NCBI GenBank assembly: GCA_946965045.2
Contig: OX337231.1
Coordinates: 3,596,001 to 3,660,000 of the forward strand
Direction: 5' to 3'
Source of the DNA: Epithemia pelagica
Lineage: Eukaryota > Protista > Bacillariophyta
DNA length: 64,000 bases
Shown piece by piece: positions 12,412 to 23,155 of the stretch. The translations under genes and the position numbers were made by a program. Below the pieces are notes generated by a model, which was not told where the DNA came from, searched no databases, and worked only from the letters and a program-made list of their open reading frames with translations. How positions within the stretch are numbered: position 1 is the stretch's first letter; every line of letters starts with the position of its first letter.

Positions 12412-13846
12412 TTACCCTTCATTGGCGAGCGCTTCCGCTGCTGCTTGTTCCTTGGCTTCTTGTTTCTTTTGTTTCTTCCGGGCCGTTACCAAGGGTTCCA
12501 AAAAGGCCTTGTAGGCTGCCTCTTCTTGAACTCGTTGTTCTTGGAGTTTGACCTTTTGTCGTTTGTGTTTGGGCAAATGGGCCGTCTCTTGCCATTTGGC
12601 ATCGAGACGGGTCATTTCCTGTTCCAAGGTGGAGGCATGTTCTTGAATCAATTCGGCCAAGAACCGAAATTGTCGAATGTTAAAGGTAATGCCTTGCACG
12701 GTAGGGACCCACGTATTGTTGAGTTCCCAATACTACCGGAATCATCATAATAGCACAATCCAAGACAAAGAGAGAGAGAGAAATAATGGTAGAATGAGCC
12801 AAAAATCAACAAAATCCAATCGATTCATCATCATCATCCAAGAGAAACAACAAGACAAACACACACAGGCGACACCGATTGAGAGATTTCAAACCAAACA
12901 AAAACAGAAACATGTGGTGATACACACGAATCCTTCCACGCCACACACATACCTGTCGAAAATCCACGTAGACGGTATTGTTGTAGACTTCCATGGTCAT
13001 TCGTCGTCGGGGGGACAATTCAAAGTAGACAAAGCCATCGGGATTGTGTTTGACAGCAGTATCATCCAAATTGTGACCCCGATCCTGCAAGACTTGACGA
13101 AAAAAGTGTCCGGCCAAGGTGCGATCCCACGTGGGTCGGGCTTGTCCCTTTTTCTTGCGTTTCAACAAGACCTTGTCCAAGGCCAACAATTCCATACTTC
13201 TATTACTAGTATCGTCGTCGTTGTCGTCGTCGTCATCATCTGGGGAACCTCGATACGCATCAAAGGCGGACAAGGGAGACAAGCTTGTTGTTGGTGGTGG
13301 TGCCGTGGTATTGGCGGCATGGGCCAATAATTCTTCATTGTGTTCGTCCTCCAAATCGTCGTCGTCGTCGTCGTCATCATCATCGTCGTCATTATCCTCC
13401 ACTAGATCGTCCTCCTCTTTCAAAAATTCGTCCTCGTCTTCCTCCTCGTCGTCATCTTCATCATCCTTGTGGTCCTTGGCGCTCCTGTCGTCTTTTTGTT
13501 CTTTTTCTTCTTGTTCTACTGAATCGCTCGGTTTGGCGTCTGGATCCGTGCCACTTGTTGTGCTGTTGCTATTCCACCGACTGCTTTGGGATGGGACATG
13601 CCGGACCAATGGTGGTTGGTGCGGAGCATGAGGAAGCATTTTCCAGTGTTGCAGCGTGGTTGGCACGGGGCAGGTCGTTGATACCAAGGTTCGTTGTCCT
13701 CCCATCTCCTGGTGCGGCTGCTCCAAGGATCCTCCTTGTTGTTGTGGTCCGAACACGGAGGCCCGGGAACGACGCCAGGCCACCACGAACCGTTGGGAGG
13801 CCAATGGGTGTCGTCGTTGTTGTCGCAGAGCCCACAACAACGACAT
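12412..13846 (-). CDS. PC4/Sub1-fold protein with mitochondrial-type presequence (PC4-B), two exons
   Basis: Exon 1 13846-12953, phase-0 intron 12952-12733, exon 2 12732-12412. Spliced domain YFELSPRRRMTMEVYNNTVYVDFRQ|YWELNNTWVPTVQGITFNIRQFRFLAELI, followed by a coiled-coil/basic tail. Confidence 0.8.
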
Positions 13847-14922
13847 GATGATGATAATGGTTGTGTGGATGGAGCGGTTGTGGAACAGTGGCTACAGAGC
13901 GCTCGTGTAGTGTCGGTTGTTTTTTTTGTTTGCTGTTGTGTTGCTCTTTTCAAATCTGTGCCAGTACTCCACGAACCAAGAGAGCAACCCCCGAATGGAT
14001 TCGACGATCGAGCAATAACAATAACAACAACAACCACCACAAGATGTGCGGTTGTGATGGTGTGCCGCGAAGCCGAAAAGGGTGGGTATCTTCTTTGGTT
14101 TGGATTCGAACGATTGGGTCGCGTTCCGATCGCTTCAGAGTCGCGTGTTAGGATGCCAGTCATTTAAAGCCTCGGGGCGCGATGCGGTGGGTTTGATCGG
14201 ATCATCCCCCAGCGGGGGAGTTAGTGAGCTTGTGGTTAGCCTCTTATCATCTCCCGCTGGGGAATGCTCTTGCATTTGGATTTGTGACCCTTTTTGGTAA
14301 CAAACACGAGAGAACGGGGCACGACAAAGAGAGCCATTGGCATCATACAACTACTACTACAACGGTTGGAAGAAACATAGTCCTTGATCAAACGCCTCCT
14401 GTGTGTCGTGAAACAATCCACACGCTCCTCCTTATTTCTTTCGGGTGATCCAACCAACAACAATCGCTTTTTGATATACAATGACGGTACGTGAACAAAC
14501 GGATTCATGTGAATGAAAGCGGTTCGAGTACCACACACCACTGTGGTTGTGGTTGTGGTTGTTCTTGTTAGAACCAACATCCAAAAGAACGGCAATGCGT
14601 GGATCCATCGTTCCGAATGCTGCGGCATCGTTGGACCAGCTGCTTCCGGTGCACCTCCACTCACCACCACCGTGTCTATTATTTGCCTTTGTTTAATGGA
14701 TGGATTCCCTTGGATTCTGCTGGATGGTTTGCTTGTTTCTCCATGGCGCAATCCTGTTCAACATGTACATGGCATTTACCATGTCCCAAACCCAAACAAT
14801 CCTTTTTCATTACTATTTTACCAACCACAATCTACAACAATGCATGTTGCGATGTACCCATTGTTTTGTGGCATTCTCTCTCTCTCTGTTGTATATAGCC
14901 TCTTCCTCCTCTTCTTCCCAAA

Positions 14923-15588
14923 GTGGATGCGATTTTGGTTTTGGACGGCGACGGCAATCGTTTGGCGGGCAAATATTATGGTGATTTTTTGAAACAGGCC
15001 GTGGGGGACCAGTCGGCCGAAGACTTGCGGGCCGTGTTTGAAAAACAATTGCATCAAAAAATGGGTGGAACGGTCGCTCGTCCCGATGCCGCCGAAGTGG
15101 TCACCTGTCAAGGCCGAACGGCCGTCTATTGCAGCAGTGGCAACAGTGGTCCCAGTCACAATCCGCACGAAGTCCGCGTCGTGCACGTCGGACCGTCGAA
15201 TGAATCGGAATTGGTCTTGGCCTATTTGTGCGAAGGCATGTACGATGCCCTGTCCCAATTAATGGGTGGTGCCACGGATCGCGGCATGATTTTGGACAAT
15301 TTGGAACTGGTCTTTTTACTCATTGACGAACATTGCGATGGTGGTATTATACTCGAAGTGGATGGGACCAAATTGGCCAGTGCTGTCTTGTTGCGCGATG
15401 AAGAAGCCATGAATGGTGGTGGCATGGAAGACGCGGGTGGCATGCCCAAGTCGGCCGGTGGTATGCCCGCAGGTGGCGGTGGCGGCATGCCGGGCAGTGT
15501 CGCCACGAGTGATTTGACCATTGGACAAGCCTTTGAAGTGGCACGTCGACAATTCATGGCCAACATGACCTCACGGGATGGAATGTAA
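14923..15588 (+). CDS. COPZ1: Coatomer subunit zeta; 5' exon not resolved
   Basis: DAILVLDGDGNRLAGKYY...NESELVLAYL...ILDNLELVFLLIDEHCDGGIILEVD...TIGQAFEVARRQF. The ORF starts at a GTG next to an AG acceptor (14922-14923), so the true ATG is probably in a short upstream exon. Confidence 0.92.
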   Translation: MDAILVLDGDGNRLAGKYYGDFLKQAVGDQSAEDLRAVFEKQLHQKMGGTVARPDAAEVVTCQGRTAVYCSSGNSGPSHNPHEVRVVHVGPSNESELVLAYLCEGMYDALSQLMGGATDRGMILDNLELVFLLIDEHCDGGIILEVDGTKLASAVLLRDEEAMNGGGMEDAGGMPKSAGGMPAGGGGGMPGSVATSDLTIGQAFEVARRQFMANMTSRDGM

Positions 15589-15768
15589 GAACCGAACACA
15601 TTATATTTGGATAGATGGATGGATCGTCGTCGTAGGAGTGTACTAGGGTGATTGTACCAAATTTCCACCCATTCCGGAATCCTGTGCTCCATAGGATATA
15701 ATAGACACACTGTAAGACAGGGACTGTTCCATATAACTCTCTTGTGTTTCGTTTGGGTGATCCACAAC

Positions 15769-15784
15769 ACTACCGTACGGTAGT
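15769..15784. repeat. Perfect 16-bp palindrome ACTACCGTACGGTAGT
   Basis: Read directly; lies between the convergent 3' ends of COPZ1 and X3. Confidence 0.9.
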
Positions 15785-16164
15785 TTTACCACTACACTTC
15801 TACACTTCTAGTAGGACTTGTCGTCGTTGCAGTGTCTCCATGGTTCGTTTCCACGCTTGCGTTGCGTGCTAGCATGAAGAACGAAACTATGCCTTTACGC
15901 GTGTCCGACCGCAGTTCCACAGCCAACAGCTTCGTTACTTGACGAACGTTCCTAGGGTGTCCGCTGCTCGTTGGGAAAAACCATGCCAAGAGTCTACACA
16001 GTAGTCTACACAGCACTGTGCCGAGGGAACAGTACGGTTACTAGTTCCATTTGTATTACGTACAAAAGGGTGTTACAATGTTCAGGATGGTAGCGTTGAA
16101 ATGATTCCAGTATATAAATATCGTTCTTTCAGAAGAAGGAGGAGCTTTGCCAACAAGAGTCTGC

Positions 16165-18084
16165 TCATCTTGGTCCTTGTTGTTGCTGGGGAAAGGATAC
16201 TCGACGAAAGCGGGGTTGGAGAGTCTCTTCTTCTTCTTCCCCATTGGGCTTGTCGTAGCTGTCCTGGTTCATCAAGCTTGTCCTGGTAGGAGGACAAAAC
16301 AAAGACGAATAAGAAGGAGTCATCATCAAGGAGGGGCGAGTGGTACTACTGGAACCATGTCGAGAATCTGCCGTCTCGGAGCGTGGTTGAGTTGCTGAAG
16401 TTTCTTCTAGTTCTTGTTCTTTGGAAAGGGCATGAAAGCGAGTCCGTTTCAGAGGAGGACATGCCACGCGGTACTGCGGCGCTGGTCCAGGACGAGACAC
16501 AACGGGACGGTTCTGGCTGCTGCTGTTGCTGCTCTGGTCGGGCCAACTGCTGCTGCTGCCATCCAGCGGCAGGGGACGACCGTAGGCTTGTTGATAATCG
16601 CGACGGGCTTCTTCCAAGGCCAATTGCACGGCCCATCGAGAATGGTGTCGGGATGTTTGTGCCACTACAGCCGTTGTATGATCCACACTCGGAAACGCAG
16701 CACCACCACCACAAGACGACGATGATGAAGGAGACGCGCAGGGCCTTAAGGTCAAGGAGGACGATGACGACGACGTGGATTCCGAACGCAAGGATCGTGG
16801 GGGTGGCAGAGTGGGCAAGGAAACATCCGAGACTCGTCGTCGTTGTTGGGTGGTTTGACATTTTTGCCAGGTGGCGACAATGCGTTTAATGGTAATGTAT
16901 CTTCGTCGTTGACGTTCCAAACAGGCCCGTTGTTCCAATCCACGTGTTTCATCCTCCTCATCAATAGTGTGACAATAATCGGAATGATGATAACGGGACT
17001 TGGACAAACACTGACAGGTAGTGGAAGACGATCGGAGCGGTGAAAGGGGATTTTCGGAAGCGGGAGAGACAAAGGGAGTCGTGGACAAGGACAGCAAGGA
17101 ATCCGTGTCGGCTCCTCCTCCGGAAAACTTGGCTCCACTCAAGGAATGTCTACGCATTACAGTCAATGGTTTTTGTGGTGTCGGGGATCGCACTCCACTC
17201 GTTAGTGAAGACAACAACAAGGGATCCTCCTCTGGTTCTTGTTGGGTGTTGCCAGGAGACTGGGGTGTGGAACACGAGTGGTGACTGCGATTGGCACTGG
17301 CAGCTGTGTGTGCCGCCTGGGAACACGTGGGAGAAGAAGATGTCGTCGTCGTTGTTCGAGTGGAATGAATCATGGCCATGGAATGGGAACATTGTTCTCT
17401 CAAGTGTCGACAAACCTCTCGTGCTTCTTGACGAAAGCGTTCCAAATCTTGAACATTGTACCACAAGAGCGATTGCCAGTTCTCCTCCTCCTCCTCCTTG
17501 TTCGTATCCATGGGAGAGGGAGCATCCATCACGTGCTGAATGGGAGTGGCAAAGACTACGGTCTTTCGTGACACTGAAGACAGTGCAGAAGAAGACGAAG
17601 ACGATGCATCCAATGATCCAGGCCGAGGCCGTTTGCGACCTGGAGAATGGCATGTGGTGGTGGATCGAGACGGGGGAGAATTCAGGGCTGTACTGGATGC
17701 CAGAGCTGTACTCGTTGGTGAAGTCGACTCGTGCTTGGAGGATGTTGTTGTTGTTGTTCTTTTGGTAGGAGAATGGAGTCGCCATTGTCTCGGTTGTTTG
17801 GCCGGGGACACGGGTGGTTGGGGCCGAGTCCGACAAGCTTTCCAAATTTCCTTGAGAATGATGCGTTCTTGATATTCATCAATTTGCGTGGTATACAATT
17901 CCTGGAGTTTGGCTGCCATGGTGGTAGTAGAAGTCTTTTGGCAAGAAGGTGTTGGTGTGGTGGTGGTGGAAGGGGCCGACCACCAAATGGCGGAGGAGGA
18001 TGAGGAGTTGGATCGATGATGGTGGGTGTGATGGTCCTCCCACTCTTCGTCTTCGTCGGACAGCCGAGGAGGTGCAACAGTCAT
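16165..18084 (-). CDS. Unknown family X member 3 (long, Ser/Thr-rich)
   Basis: RKTVVFATPIQHV / LLWYNVQDLERFRQEAR / TRGLEQRACLERQRRRY / WAVQLALEEARRDYQQAY. ATG 18084 is the likely start (ORF track starts at 18123). Confidence 0.85.
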   Translation of the reverse strand: MTVAPPRLSDEDEEWEDHHTHHHRSNSSSSSAIWWSAPSTTTTPTPSCQKTSTTTMAAKLQELYTTQIDEYQERIILKEIWKACRTRPQPPVSPAKQPRQWRLHSPTKRTTTTTSSKHESTSPTSTALASSTALNSPPSRSTTTCHSPGRKRPRPGSLDASSSSSSALSSVSRKTVVFATPIQHVMDAPSPMDTNKEEEEENWQSLLWYNVQDLERFRQEAREVCRHLREQCSHSMAMIHSTRTTTTTSSSPTCSQAAHTAASANRSHHSCSTPQSPGNTQQEPEEDPLLLSSLTSGVRSPTPQKPLTVMRRHSLSGAKFSGGGADTDSLLSLSTTPFVSPASENPLSPLRSSSTTCQCLSKSRYHHSDYCHTIDEEDETRGLEQRACLERQRRRYITIKRIVATWQKCQTTQQRRRVSDVSLPTLPPPRSLRSESTSSSSSSLTLRPCASPSSSSSCGGGAAFPSVDHTTAVVAQTSRHHSRWAVQLALEEARRDYQQAYGRPLPLDGSSSSWPDQSSNSSSQNRPVVSRPGPAPQYRVACPPLKRTRFHALSKEQELEETSATQPRSETADSRHGSSSTTRPSLMMTPSYSSLFCPPTRTSLMNQDSYDKPNGEEEEETLQPRFRRVSFPQQQQGPR

Positions 18085-20794
18085 GATGGAAACGAGATTG
18101 CGAGTACAAACAAAACGAAACAAAGAATCAAAACGAAGGGAGGTATCGATTCATGGACCAACACCAACAATGGAAGTAGCGTGCTTCTTGTTGTTGGTTT
18201 CCAAGCAACAACACTTTCTCCAAAACTGGCAATTGAAAACTGGCAATCCAGCAGCCCTTGTGTTGTGTTTCAATAGGATTTTTTCGTTGGTAAGAGCGTT
18301 TTTGGTTGCTTCTCTCTCTGGTTGTGTGACCTTCAAGAGTTGCTGTCGAACCGAGTCTTTTCGTTTGTGTGTGTGTGCGCGCAAGTCGGGAGGCACAAAA
18401 GACCCTCTCAATACAAAGTGGTAGTAGTCTTTGTGGGTAATCACCAATAACACCCCAACAACGAACAATCAATCAATCAAGGACTGCGGTTTGTCGTTGT
18501 TGATAAGGTGATGTCAAATACGAATATCAAAGCACGTGCCATTCATCCAGGTTCTTGGTGTGCAGCTGGGCGATCCAGATCGTGTGTTTCCGGCTCCTGC
18601 TGTTCAGATCGAGAAACCAACAATGGTGTGCCTCTTGCTGCTGTTGTGGTTGTTGGTTCGCTTTGCCGCTGCTTGAAACAAGCGGACTGCGTCCAAAGCT
18701 CACTACCGACAGGGCCAGCGAGTGTGACTCCAACAAGATGGTGTGTGGTTGTGTAAAAAATTGGTTGTCTCTGTTCCTGGACAAAGCACCGCCAACAAAC
18801 GCCAATGTATGGTGGATTGACAGCTCTCTTGCCTCTGTGATGATGGTGTTTGGGAATCTGGAGAAGGGTGAGAAAGGTTCTGGCGGAAAGACACTGTGGT
18901 TTCGTGGACTGGAGAGATAAATCACGCGGCTCCCAAAGAATCTGGATGGAGAGATGATTATTACTCGCGGCCGTTGTCCGTCTTGGTCGTTGCTGTTGGG
19001 TGAAAAATTCGTTGGTGCATCGTCGGGTTGGCGCACAGGTTTCTTCCTTCGTCTACTCTTTCACTCACAGTGGTACTGAACGTAACAGTCATGGTCACCG
19101 GATTTGTGGGTTTCTTTTCTGTGTCGTTTGGCTCCGCCCTACAAATTTTTGTTGAACGTTGAAACCGAAACTTAACAGCTTTTGTACCTTTGGGGCTCGG
19201 AGGGCAATTCCAATTTTTACTCTCTAGGTCCGATTTGACTCCATAAGTCATGTAGGAACATGACTAGAGGGCAATTCGAAAAAGGTGGATGGAAGTTTTT
19301 CACTCGTGTTCCTTGGATGTTCGACGAATAAGTACCTTCCACCACGATCAGACGGATACATACAGACCGAAAGTTACGGAGCAGTTATACGACTAGCTCC
19401 CCCATCTATGATAAATTCTATCTATCCATAAGTCGAGGTGCGCAGCGCGTGCCTTGTGTCGCATTCGCTCCCTTCCAGCCATCTGCCTTTGTTCGTTGTT
19501 CGTCGTGTCTGGATCAGTCTGTCCGTCGCGGAAACCAGAAATCTGATGTTTCCCCACTAGCAATGGTAGCTATGGTATCTTTCTCTAGCTCTAGGTACTC
19601 CTAGTGGAGACAATGACATCCTCCTGCACTTCTCTTCATCTCATAGGAAGGGAAATAGGAGTCTCTTCCTCCTCCTCTTCATCCCTTTATCATTTCTATG
19701 ATACAAGATGGTTTATTTGCTGCGGGTGACAAGTGACAACGGCATCCTCCGATCATGGATGTACCGGGACAATTTGGAACGAGTGAGATTCTTACCGAGC
19801 GCGATCCTTTCGTTGTAGGAAAGGAGCCATACCAATTATTGTTTTTCGGACTCAATTCTTTGGAACGATAGACATCATGATACACATGATACCGATAGAA
19901 AAGAACGACCCTTTTTGTCTGGCCGGGATGGTAGTGTCGTTGTTTGTATTAATACTGTCATGCTTCGTCTTATTGTTTCAATCTTCGATCCGACGCTCGA
20001 GTCTCCAAATGGGAATCTTGCATAATACTCTACTCCGACAAAGTACGAGTAGCTCGTAGTAGGAGTTCTGATAGTTGATACGAGTATAGAAGAAACCCGG
20101 CATGAGTGTTATGTTGCGGCACACATGTTTGTGGTGTCATTGTTGTCATTGGCTTCTGGTTTATGACGCACTCCATGTTTTTTGAGTTCCTTTGTCCATT
20201 CTTATATAGCCCTTTCGATGTTTGTCATACGCCCATTCAATTTGGGGGATTTGGGGGAGTTCGATCGCTCGTTCGTCGTTCCGCCATGCTGTGCAGCTCA
20301 CAACATCATGTTCCAAGCCCACATACACGATTCTTCTTTTGGTGTGTGATCTTGTCTGTTTTGTTTGGATTGATGGATTTGTGGTGTGATATTGTCCAAT
20401 CATCTGTTTTCTGTTATTGTCCCTCTCTCCAAAACGGGGTTCTAGTTTTCTCTCATTCGGGTTTGGTCTTGAAAACAGAGAGCAAGAGACAGAGAACGTG
20501 GGTACTAGATTGACGGCATTCACGAGAATCCTCCTCCTTGCGATCCCACCCATACACACAACATTCGCGACAACAATCCCCTCTCTAAGGCTATCGCCAC
20601 CATGCACTTGGAACAAAAAAGGAAATCAAATTGACGCATACACGTTTGCCGTTTGGATTCGCTCTCATAAAAAAACGAAAACAACAAACACTACACACAC
20701 GCACTGTCAGTATTGATTCCACTCTCCAACGTCTCTGTGTTCCATTGCGTTCATCTCCCATTCTTCTTGCTCCGTTGTATCATCATCATCAATC

Positions 20795-22315
20795 ATGGTT
20801 TGGGACACCACGTGGACCGAACCAACAACAACAGCACGATCAGCAGCATCGTTGCACCCATACGACTATGACGACAAGACGGATCCAACCACCATGATGA
20901 GTAATTGTGTTCGTGACTTGTATTGGACTCATATTGACCAAGATCAAGAACGCATCATGCTCCAGGAAATTTGGCAACAACAAGAACAACAGGAACAACA
21001 ACCAGTTTCTCCCACAAGAACCACCACCACAACCACATCGAGAACGACACGCCCCCACTGTCCGACGCCTTCTCCGCCGCCGCCTTGTTTGCGACGAACT
21101 TCCACCAGCACAAGCTCTTCTTCGTCTTCGTCTTCGTCTTCGTCGTCTTCACTGTCCAATAGCACCAACACGCCTAGTAGCAGTGCCGACTCTTGGCAAC
21201 GACCATCGTGTTTGGTATTCTCCAACGACCCTTCTCGTGGTGGTGGTCACAAAGAAAAGAACCCAGCACAGGCCAGCACCCGTCCCGACCAAACAACCAC
21301 AACAACACGCGCGCACAAGCGTACCGTCCACTTTGATATCCACATTCGCTGGATTCCGTCCCCCTCTCCCTTGGAGCAGCAGCAGCAAGTGTCGGCCTCA
21401 CAAGACCCCTACTCCCCAGACGACACCAACGATAACCAGGACACCGCCCGCCGCCATGCCTTGTGGTATACGGTTCCCGAATTGATTCAGTTTCGCCACG
21501 AAGCACGAGTCTTGTGTCGCCAATTGCGCCTGCAACAACAACAACAACAAAAGTCGACGTTGCGACGAAAACGACCGCGAGACTCTCACCACACGACGGT
21601 CCGGCCAGCACCCATGATGGCCGAGTGGCCACTGTCCAGTAGGAGCACCATCACCACCCAATCGTCCAACCATGAGGATTTGAAGGAGGATCGTACTACT
21701 ACTAAAAATACCACCACCACAACAACACGCGGCTTGGAACAACGAGCCTGTTTGGAACGACAACGACGACGGTACGTGACCTTACAAAATGTCGTGACCA
21801 CCTACCGTCAATGGCGGCGGAGGTACACCAACCACCGCCCACCACCACAAGACAACGACGACAAGGACGGTGGTGATTGGAAGCGTCGGATTGCATCGTG
21901 GTCCACGTGGGCAGTCCGATTGGCACAATTGGAAGCGCAACGAGATTACGAACGGGCCTATGGAACCAAGCCGCAGCAGCAGCCTCGTGACAAGAACAAC
22001 TCGATCCGTACCTCGGCATCTTTTGCTTCTTCCAGGACCAACACTACGACGACGAAGCAGCCGGAGCATCCCATTCCCTCCATTTTATGGGTTCCCGTTA
22101 CTGACAGTACGACGATGGATGGCGATGTGTTGGAGCATGGATTGTCTCCCCACAACAACGATACGGTTGGCGAGAGGAACGCTTGGAAAGACACCACCAC
22201 GGATTGCCCCTACGTATCTCTTCATGAGAAAGAAAATCATGATAATGATGATGAGGAGGAGGAAGAGGATTCGTTGGATCGTTTGTGTCGGCACAAACGA
22301 CCACGCTGCATCTAA
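20795..22315 (+). CDS. Unknown family X member 4
   Basis: KRTVHFDIHIRWI / LWYTVPELIQFRHEAR / TRGLEQRACLERQRRRY / WAVRLAQLEAQRDYERAY; basic C-terminus RHKRPRCI. Confidence 0.85.
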   Translation: MVWDTTWTEPTTTARSAASLHPYDYDDKTDPTTMMSNCVRDLYWTHIDQDQERIMLQEIWQQQEQQEQQPVSPTRTTTTTTSRTTRPHCPTPSPPPPCLRRTSTSTSSSSSSSSSSSSSLSNSTNTPSSSADSWQRPSCLVFSNDPSRGGGHKEKNPAQASTRPDQTTTTTRAHKRTVHFDIHIRWIPSPSPLEQQQQVSASQDPYSPDDTNDNQDTARRHALWYTVPELIQFRHEARVLCRQLRLQQQQQQKSTLRRKRPRDSHHTTVRPAPMMAEWPLSSRSTITTQSSNHEDLKEDRTTTKNTTTTTTRGLEQRACLERQRRRYVTLQNVVTTYRQWRRRYTNHRPPPQDNDDKDGGDWKRRIASWSTWAVRLAQLEAQRDYERAYGTKPQQQPRDKNNSIRTSASFASSRTNTTTTKQPEHPIPSILWVPVTDSTTMDGDVLEHGLSPHNNDTVGERNAWKDTTTDCPYVSLHEKENHDNDDEEEEEDSLDRLCRHKRPRCI

Positions 22316-22329
22316 TAGAGCGAGGTACA

Positions 22330-23100
22330 AACCAATGGACTGGGACACGGGGCCATGTTCCTCTTTATTTGCTTGCAAAGGTCCCACAACCAAAGAAGAA
22401 AACACAGGAGAGGCTCCTACGTGTTTTCGAGAATCGCGAGTGTCCAAAACACAACATAATAGGAAATGACGCATCCATGGCAAAATCGCCAGGAGAGGGT
22501 TTGGTCCTCTAGTGTTGATAGAGACATCTATAGCTATAGTAGGAAATGTGTACCTAACGATCCAATGGCGGTCGGGAATGGCTTTGAGTGTAACACTCTA
22601 TGGTTTATACTGTTTTGCCACTGTATGGCAATCTTGGACCGGAATTGTGAAAGGCAACCTCGTCTTATTGTAGTCCATATCGTGCTCTTGTAGAACTTGG
22701 TAGTGCTGGGATGTTTTCCTCCATGAGAGATTTTTCGACTACGCCGCCGGCTCCTCCAAGGATCCCCGAGTTTGTCGCAGTCCTGGAGGTTCCGAAACTC
22801 ATCGTTTCTACGTCCTCCCATTGGTTGTGAAGAGTACTATTCATGAATGATGCAAACCATTGACGTACGTGTGCGGTCTTCTTGTACTCCTATGTTCTAC
22901 GCAAAGTCGCGAACCAAAAGACGACCAAGTTCCTGCAACCATTGAAGCGCGTGTCTCATGGCAAGCATATTCTGATCTTGCCCCCCTTTTTGCTGCATCA
23001 CGAATTTGTGTAAAGCGTCTCAAGAGGATACATGGGAGGTTCATCACTTTGATTGACTGGGGGTGCGGTTTGTTCCATCCTCCGCCCCTGTGTGTCCAAC
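22330..23100. repeat. Duplicated intergenic block of the tandem array (homologous to about 25620-26270 and 31090-31380)
   Basis: Shared strings such as GGAGAGGGTTTGGTCCTC..GTGTTGATAGA..C..T, AACGATCCAATGG.GG and TGAATGATGCAAACCATTGAC recur at these places. Confidence 0.85.
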
Positions 23101-23155
23101 CACTGTGGAACCACAAACGAGCTTGCTGTCTTATTGGTTCAAGCTATTCTTATTA

